DNA of 64,000 nucleotides, taken from NCBI GenBank assembly GCA_964632485.1, contig CAZWDO010000002.1, positions 186,001 to 250,000 on the forward strand, in the 5' to 3' direction. This document shows, in pieces, positions 57,834 to 64,000 of this stretch. Numbering within the stretch: the first letter of the stretch is position 1; each line of letters begins with the position of its first letter. The notes below the pieces were generated by a model, which searched no databases, was not told where the DNA came from, and saw only the letters and a program-made list of their open reading frames with translations. This DNA is from an uncultured bacterium. Its GTDB lineage: Bacteria; JAGOEH01. Both the position numbers and the translations under genes were made by a program.

Positions 57834-58528
57834 GCAGTCCTCCTGAAATCGGATAGCGTCATATTGCTAAACCAGCTCTTTTCATAAACGTACGTGTTTC
57901 ATCACCCAAGCCCGGGGTTCCAAACATCTGTTCGGAATGATACCGTTTCAATACTTAAATTTATGCGGAAAACCGTTTTTGTCAAATCATTTAAACTTAA
58001 AAATTAACTTTGAAATTTTTTTATAGTCATGTATAACCTGCAAATTGAAAGTATTATTAGAAAACCTTGAGAACTCAGCTTTATACCAGGTCAAATGCAA
58101 TTTCTCCGGATAAGTAAATATGGATTGAGTTTTGGCCGGGGATTTCAGGATTGCATTGGCTGTGATAGCGGAAAAAGTTCCAGTGAGATCAGTTGTATAA
58201 GAGGGAGTATATTTTTTAATCCTGACTTGACTTTTATTTTTCCCTTGACTTTTTAGCCGTTTAAAATTATTTTAATTAAAATCTCCGTGTCTGGTACCAT
58301 TATTAATTTTCAGTGGAGAGTACGGGTGTTTTATTTTCCGCGATATGACCGGGAATATGGTTATATTTTGGTATTTCGTTGGCATATTTGCCATTAAGGT
58401 TTATTTCAGGCTTCGTGTCAAACTTTGATAGTTTGACTCAAGAATGGCGATTTGGGACGGTTTGAAAATCCGTCCGAATTAAGCATTGGCAGCCTGCTAT
58501 TAAAGTTAACTTTTTTTATAGGAAAATT

Positions 58529-59536
58529 ATGATCCATGAATTGCATTTAGATACTGCTTATTTGAAAAAAATATTTTCAAAATTTCAAGAAAAAAAAATT
58601 TGTATTATCGGCGATGTGATGTTGGACCGCTATTGGATTGGAAATGTCTGCCGTATTTCCCCTGAAGCTCCGGTCCCTGTCGTTGAACTTCAGCAGCAAT
58701 ATGATGCTTTGGGCGGCGCAGCTAATGTGGCGCTTAATTTGACTCGAATGGGCGCTCGGGCGTTTTTGCTCTCCACTATTGGCCAGGATGATTCTGCGAT
58801 GCGTTTTCTTGAACTCCTGAAAGAAACAGGAATTGATTCCGGATTTGTCGTGCGCGATAACAGCCGGCCAACGACCAGCAAGCTTCGGGTAATTGCTCAA
58901 CATCAGCAAATTGTCCGCGTCGATCATGAGTTATCCTCTCCGATTGATGCGAGGATCAGTGGCAAGCTTGAAGAGCATTTTGAAAAATTGGTAGCGGAAT
59001 GTGATGCGGTAATTGTTTCAGATTATAGAAAAGGAGTGATTATTCCGCCACTCATGCGGTTTATCATTGAACGAAGTCGGCAACTTGACAAATGGGTATC
59101 GATTGATCCCAAGAATGCGGATTTCAGTCTATATCAGGGCGCGCAGATTCTCACCCCTAATCAGCGTGAACTCGGGTTGCCTTACCATATTCAGCCACAG
59201 ACCATTGAAGAGATCGTTCAACTTTCCCATCGATTGATGGAAGATTATCGCTTAACCGCTGTATTAGTGACTCGGGGAGAGCAGGGGATGGTTCTTATCG
59301 AACAAAACCGGGAGATTGTCAATTTACCCACTGTGGCGCAGGAAGTTTTTGATGTTTCCGGAGCCGGTGATACGGTTGTGGCGATGTTTACACTGGCTAA
59401 AGCCGCCGGGTGTTCCCACCTGGAAGCCGCTGTACTTGCAAACTATGCGGCTGGAATCGTGGTGGCAAAATTGGGAACGGCCACTCTTTCACCGAATGAA
59501 CTATGGCAGGCGATCAGCGCCGGGGAAGGTTATTAA
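58529..59536 (+). CDS. rfaE1: D-glycero-beta-D-manno-heptose-7-phosphate kinase (stand-alone RfaE domain I)
   Basis: GDVMLDRY..G...RISPEAPVPVV, GGAANVA.N, SDY.KG, DPK, TPN..E, TRGEQGM, DVSGAGDTV. Confidence 0.93.
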   Translation: MIHELHLDTAYLKKIFSKFQEKKICIIGDVMLDRYWIGNVCRISPEAPVPVVELQQQYDALGGAANVALNLTRMGARAFLLSTIGQDDSAMRFLELLKETGIDSGFVVRDNSRPTTSKLRVIAQHQQIVRVDHELSSPIDARISGKLEEHFEKLVAECDAVIVSDYRKGVIIPPLMRFIIERSRQLDKWVSIDPKNADFSLYQGAQILTPNQRELGLPYHIQPQTIEEIVQLSHRLMEDYRLTAVLVTRGEQGMVLIEQNREIVNLPTVAQEVFDVSGAGDTVVAMFTLAKAAGCSHLEAAVLANYAAGIVVAKLGTATLSPNELWQAISAGEGY

Positions 59537-59537
59537 T

Positions 59538-62222
59538 GTGAATTGGCATACGATAGAAACCCTATTGCCTTTGGTAAATAAACCGGCTCGTTATATGGGT
59601 AATGAAATTAATATAGCCTGGCAAGCGGATAAAAAGATCGATTTGACTATGGTATTAGCTTTTCCTGATGTATATGAAATCGGAATGTCCTATACAGGGT
59701 TTAAAATATTGTACCAGATCATCAATCACCATCCGGCCTTTTTTGCGGATCGGGTGTTTTGTCCCTGGCCCGATTTTTTGCAGCTTTTGCATCACCAAGG
59801 CGCTCCCCTTTATGGACTGGAGAGTAAAAAACCTTTATCCGAGTTTGATGTTGTCGGTTTCACGTTACAATATGAACTCAATTATTCCAATATTATTTGG
59901 ATGCTGCATTTGGGTCATATTCCGATCCAGCAAGATCAACGCCACGATGATGACCCCTTTGTGATTGGCGGGGGTATCGGCGCCTTTAATCCTGAACCTT
60001 TGGCGCCTTTTTTTGATTGTTTTGTTCTGGGTGATGGTGAAGACGTTACCCTCCAACTTCTGACGACGATCAGCGAAGCCCGGCGAAACAAGTTGAGCCG
60101 GGGTGAAATTTTAGGGCTTCTCGCTGATATCGAGGGTGTCTATGTTCCCTCCTTTTATCGGGTCCATTATAACAGCCAGGGAGAATTTCTGGATTTGATC
60201 GATTCGCGCAATGGGAATCGCGCTAAACCTGTGCCCCGGGCCTATATCAAATGCTTTGAGAATCGACCCGAACTTGATCAGGATATCACACCACTGATCG
60301 AAGTGGCGCATGATCGGGTTGGAGTGGAGATTATGCGCGGCTGTTCGCACGGTTGCCGATTCTGCAATGCCGGATTCCTCTATCGCCCGTTGCGTGAAAA
60401 GGAACCGGACCTGGTTATGCGCGAAGCAACTTCTAAAATCAATCAGACCGGTTGGGGAGAAATAGGATTGCTGAGCCTCTCTTCCTGCGATTATGAATCT
60501 TTGGAAGAACTCCTGAAACGGTTGCGTTCTTTTGCGGAAAAAAAGAAGGTGAGTGTTTCATTGCCGTCTTCCCGTATCGATAATGTGGATACGGAACTAT
60601 TGGGATTGCTGATCGGTGAGCGAAAAGGGGGGCTTACCTTTGCGCCGGAAGCAGGAAGCGAGCGATTACGCAGGGTTATTAACAAGAATATTTCGGATGC
60701 GCAGATTTATCAAGCGGTCGATATGGTTTATCAGTCGGGGTGGAATATCATCAAGCTCTATTTTATGGTTGGGCTACCCACCGAAACCGATGAGGATATT
60801 GAAGGCATCGCGAAAATGATAGGACAGATTCATAAAAAAGCCCGTTCTTATGGACGTGAACGTCGCGTTCATGTAACAATATCGCCCTTTATTCCCAAAC
60901 CTCATACTCCGTTTCAATGGTCCCGACAGATTGATCGGGAAGAGCTTCAACGACGGGTAAACTATCTGCTGAGCCTTATTTCCCGTTCAGATACGCTTAA
61001 AATAAGCTGGCGGGATGAAGAAGTGGCTTTTCTTGAGGGACTTTTCGCCCGTGGTGATCGGCGGTTAGCGGCTATGTTGGCCCGTGTCGTGGAGAAAAAT
61101 ATCTATTTTGACGGCTGGTCCGATTGTTTTAATTTCTCACGTTGGCAAGAGCTTATTGACGAGTGCGGTATCCATCCCCAGGAATACTTTCGCGCCCGGA
61201 TTATTACCGAAAAATTGCCATGGGATCATTTAATGACCGGGGTTAACAAGGATTACCTTATCCAGGAATATCAACGAGCATTCCGGGAAGAAATCACTCC
61301 TGATTGCCGTGTTCGCTGCAATCGCTGCGGGGCCTGCAACCCGGATCATCAGTTGCTGGTGATCCAAAAGAAGCAAGATACAGCCGGAAATGACGATTCG
61401 CAATTTGGCCGACGGGTCATTCCGGTGACCAGCAATCATGCCGTCAATAAGCAAAAAGTCCGCATTCATTATACCCGTGAGGGATTGCTGCGTTTTATTT
61501 CACATCTTGATACGTTCCATATCGTGGAAAAAGCAATTCGTAAAGTACATTTCCCCATCGCTTACTCTCAAGGGTATAATCCCCACCCCAAAATTATCCT
61601 GGGCCCGCCTCTTAGCCTGGGCATCGCCAGTAAGTATGAGTATATGGATTTACAATTGGATCAGCCTTTTCAGGATTCGTTTGTAAAGAAACTTAACCTG
61701 GCGCTTCCCGACGGAATGAAAATCCTTCAAAGTAAAGTAATTTACAACAAAGCTCCCGCGCTCAATGCTCATATCAATATCGCGGATTATCGGGTGGTTT
61801 TTGAGAAGATTGAGCATTGGCAACGTTTTGTGCCGCCATCCTGGAATCAACCTCTGGCAGCTTGTGAGGAATTTTTTTACCAATTGAGTTCCGGTCAGGA
61901 TCAATTTTTTGCCTGGCTGAATGATTCTATAACTCAATGGTTGTCAAGAGAAGAATGTATGTGGCAACGGAAAAAAACGGATGGCGCTGTCAAAGAATTT
62001 AATTTGCGCTCTCTGGTGGAAAATCTGCTGGTTCTTAACTCGCAACCCTATCCGTGTTTAATCGCGCGAACCCGTTTGACTAACGATGGCGCCGCCCGAT
62101 TAGATGAAATTCTTGAATCGCTCCTGCAACTGCCCCCGGGTCTTTATATGCAGTTTTTTATGGAACGAACCGGACTTTATATTTCAGAGGGCGACCAACT
62201 CCTTACTCCTATGGATGTTTAA
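59538..62222 (+). CDS. TIGR03960-type radical SAM protein fused to a TIGR03936/DUF2344 domain
   Basis: KPARYMGNE, FPDVYEIGMS, EIMRGCSHGCRFCNAG, TFAPEAGSERLR.VINK, PKPHTPFQW; then FISHLD..AYSQGYNPHPK. Start set at GTG 59538 after the rfaE1 stop. Confidence 0.9.
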   Translation: MNWHTIETLLPLVNKPARYMGNEINIAWQADKKIDLTMVLAFPDVYEIGMSYTGFKILYQIINHHPAFFADRVFCPWPDFLQLLHHQGAPLYGLESKKPLSEFDVVGFTLQYELNYSNIIWMLHLGHIPIQQDQRHDDDPFVIGGGIGAFNPEPLAPFFDCFVLGDGEDVTLQLLTTISEARRNKLSRGEILGLLADIEGVYVPSFYRVHYNSQGEFLDLIDSRNGNRAKPVPRAYIKCFENRPELDQDITPLIEVAHDRVGVEIMRGCSHGCRFCNAGFLYRPLREKEPDLVMREATSKINQTGWGEIGLLSLSSCDYESLEELLKRLRSFAEKKKVSVSLPSSRIDNVDTELLGLLIGERKGGLTFAPEAGSERLRRVINKNISDAQIYQAVDMVYQSGWNIIKLYFMVGLPTETDEDIEGIAKMIGQIHKKARSYGRERRVHVTISPFIPKPHTPFQWSRQIDREELQRRVNYLLSLISRSDTLKISWRDEEVAFLEGLFARGDRRLAAMLARVVEKNIYFDGWSDCFNFSRWQELIDECGIHPQEYFRARIITEKLPWDHLMTGVNKDYLIQEYQRAFREEITPDCRVRCNRCGACNPDHQLLVIQKKQDTAGNDDSQFGRRVIPVTSNHAVNKQKVRIHYTREGLLRFISHLDTFHIVEKAIRKVHFPIAYSQGYNPHPKIILGPPLSLGIASKYEYMDLQLDQPFQDSFVKKLNLALPDGMKILQSKVIYNKAPALNAHINIADYRVVFEKIEHWQRFVPPSWNQPLAACEEFFYQLSSGQDQFFAWLNDSITQWLSREECMWQRKKTDGAVKEFNLRSLVENLLVLNSQPYPCLIARTRLTNDGAARLDEILESLLQLPPGLYMQFFMERTGLYISEGDQLLTPMDV

Positions 62223-63764
62223 ATGAAAACGGAAATTATTATCAATGTTACCAGCTATGAATCCCGGGTCGCCATCCTGGAAGATAATCGGCTGGTTGAA
62301 CTTTTTGTCGAACGACCTTACCATCTGCGACTCCTCGGCAATATCTATAAGGGAGTCGTCCAGAATATTCTGCCGAATCTGCAAGCGGCTTTTGTGGATA
62401 TCGGCATGGATAAAAATGCGTTTTTACATGTCTCGGATATGACCGGTTTTCCTGATGCCGATAGCGAAGAGGAAATCGATACAGGTTTTAAAATCCCCTA
62501 TGGACGCAAGAAAATATTCCCGCCCATCGAAACCCTGCTCAAAGTGGGTCAGGAAATTATGGTCCAAATCATCAAGGAACCCATTAGTACCAAAGGCTGC
62601 CGTGTTTCTACCAATATTAATGTCCCCGGCCGATTCCTCGTGCTTCTTTTCAATAGTCGGAAAATCGGTATATCACGAAAAATTGCCGATAAAAGTGAAC
62701 GCTATCGTTTGCGTTCAATAGTTAGTAAGCTAAAACCCAATGATTTAGGCTTTATTATCCGCACTGCCAGCTTGGATAAAAGCGCCAACTATTTGGAAAA
62801 AGACTTAAAACAGTTGCTAAAAATCTATGATACCATCCAGAAAACTAATAATACTAAACGGGGTCCTTTACTTCTTTATCGTGAAGTCGATCTGTTATCC
62901 AGCGTTATCCGCGATCTTTTCACTCCCGATGTTCATGCCGTGGTGGTCGATGATAAAAAGCAGTATCAGGAGATCGCCAAGTATTTGCGATTTCTGAAAT
63001 CTGAACTGTTGGACAGAGTTTATTATTATCGCGATACGCGTCCGATTTTTGATAATTATCATATAGAAGACGATATTAATCAAATGTTAGGGAAAAAAGT
63101 ATGGCTTCGACGGGGCGGATACCTTATCATAGAACAAACCGAGGCGCTGATCTCAATTGATGTCAATTCCGGGGGATTCGTAAAAGGTGAGAATGCCGAT
63201 GATTTCATCCTTTCTCTTAATTTGGAAGCGGCGCGGGAAATCGCCCGTCAGCTTAGGTTGCGCGATATCGGAGGATTGATTATTATTGATTTTATTGATA
63301 TGATGAACCGTAATCATCGGGATAAAGTATTTTTCGAATTACGGAATGCCATGCGCCGTGACCGCGCTAAATTTTTTATTTTGAATTTCAGCGAGTTCGG
63401 ATTGATCGAAATCACTCGTCAACGAGTTCGCCCCAGTTTACTTTTTTCATTTAGTATTGAATGCCCTATTTGTAAAGGTTTGGGACGGATCGATAGTCCG
63501 TTGACAACAGTTTCAAAGATTGAACATTGGTTTTTAAGGGCTTGCAACTGGCTGGAAGATAAAAAATTCACCATAAAGATATCTCCCGTTGTCCATGATT
63601 TTATCCATCATGAAGACCAGGGGAAATTTAAGGAAATCGAAAAACGGATGCGAATTGAAATGATCTTTGAAATTGATGAAGAACTAGAAGCAAATAATTT
63701 TAAAGTGTTTAGTTTTCGAACAGGGCAGGATATTACCGATCAGTTCATGAACGATGGAATCTGA
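62223..63764 (+). CDS. rng: Rne/Rng family ribonuclease (RNase G-sized)
   Basis: GNIYKG.V, AAFVDIG..KNAFLH, KEPI.TKG, TEAL.SIDVNSG, RQLRLRDIGGLIIIDFIDM, CPICKG.G. Confidence 0.93.
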   Translation: MKTEIIINVTSYESRVAILEDNRLVELFVERPYHLRLLGNIYKGVVQNILPNLQAAFVDIGMDKNAFLHVSDMTGFPDADSEEEIDTGFKIPYGRKKIFPPIETLLKVGQEIMVQIIKEPISTKGCRVSTNINVPGRFLVLLFNSRKIGISRKIADKSERYRLRSIVSKLKPNDLGFIIRTASLDKSANYLEKDLKQLLKIYDTIQKTNNTKRGPLLLYREVDLLSSVIRDLFTPDVHAVVVDDKKQYQEIAKYLRFLKSELLDRVYYYRDTRPIFDNYHIEDDINQMLGKKVWLRRGGYLIIEQTEALISIDVNSGGFVKGENADDFILSLNLEAAREIARQLRLRDIGGLIIIDFIDMMNRNHRDKVFFELRNAMRRDRAKFFILNFSEFGLIEITRQRVRPSLLFSFSIECPICKGLGRIDSPLTTVSKIEHWFLRACNWLEDKKFTIKISPVVHDFIHHEDQGKFKEIEKRMRIEMIFEIDEELEANNFKVFSFRTGQDITDQFMNDGI

Positions 63765-64000
63765 TGACCTCTGTTCGGAAAAACATGGCAGGTTTAAGCC
63801 AACGCTATCGGATTGAAAAATATGAAGTCGGAGTTAAAAACTATCATTACTGGGCGCCCTCGAATCTGGAAGATTTGTTGAATGAACTCTCTGAAAACGA
63901 TTTCCAAAAAGATGAGCGGTTGCCCTATTGGTGCCATCTCTGGCCCTCCGCTCGCGTCTTGATTGAATATTTTTCCGCTAACCCGGAATTGTATGAAAAC
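63764..64000 (+). CDS. SAM-dependent methyltransferase (Methyltransf_16-like), N-terminal part
   Basis: Own translation from an ATG overlapping the rng stop: MTSVRKNMAG...DERLPYWCHLWPSARVL...; runs off the window. Confidence 0.7.
   Translation, partial: MTSVRKNMAGLSQRYRIEKYEVGVKNYHYWAPSNLEDLLNELSENDFQKDERLPYWCHLWPSARVLIEYFSANPELYEN

Noticed and set aside
59316-59537. N-terminal extension of the radical SAM ORF
   Set aside because: Overlaps rfaE1 by over 200 nt; family similarity starts after GTG 59538

Overview
Bacterial chromosomal scaffold with five N-gaps (6753-6762, 8708-8717, 26003-26012, 31905-31914, 48181-48280). By inference it comes from a diderm FCB-group organism outside the classical Bacteroidota: it has 'NYPNPFNP' sorting tails and a PorV/PorQ-like gene, but canonical TTGACW-N16-18-TATATT promoters. 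Most of the window is housekeeping or envelope genes: plsX-rpmF-yceD, an Fe3+-type ABC transporter, ddl, tsaD, an LPS/glycerophosphate glycosylation cluster, cinA-thpR, hsp20, cutA-yggS-divIVA-dksA-lspA-rluD, rfaE1, a radical SAM fusion and rne/rng. The standout is a ~15.6 kb SusD-less locus (35845-51465). It encodes a TonB-dependent receptor, an FN3/CTD protein, two lipoproteins, a PorV/PorQ-like barrel and three secreted beta-propeller proteins built from shuffled, partly DNA-identical modules. Downstream lie a REP-flanked S46 peptidase cassette and two Leu-dehydrogenase paralogues that both lack the catalytic lysine, on either side of buk. Other points are a G8 frameshift inside a GGEEF motif, a sigma-54 promoter architecture before hsp20, a degenerate nucleoside phosphorylase, and a YfhO tail showing that one '10-N' gap hides much more sequence. 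No rRNA, tRNA, CRISPR array or transposase was recognised. All family calls come from motif recognition by eye, not database searches.
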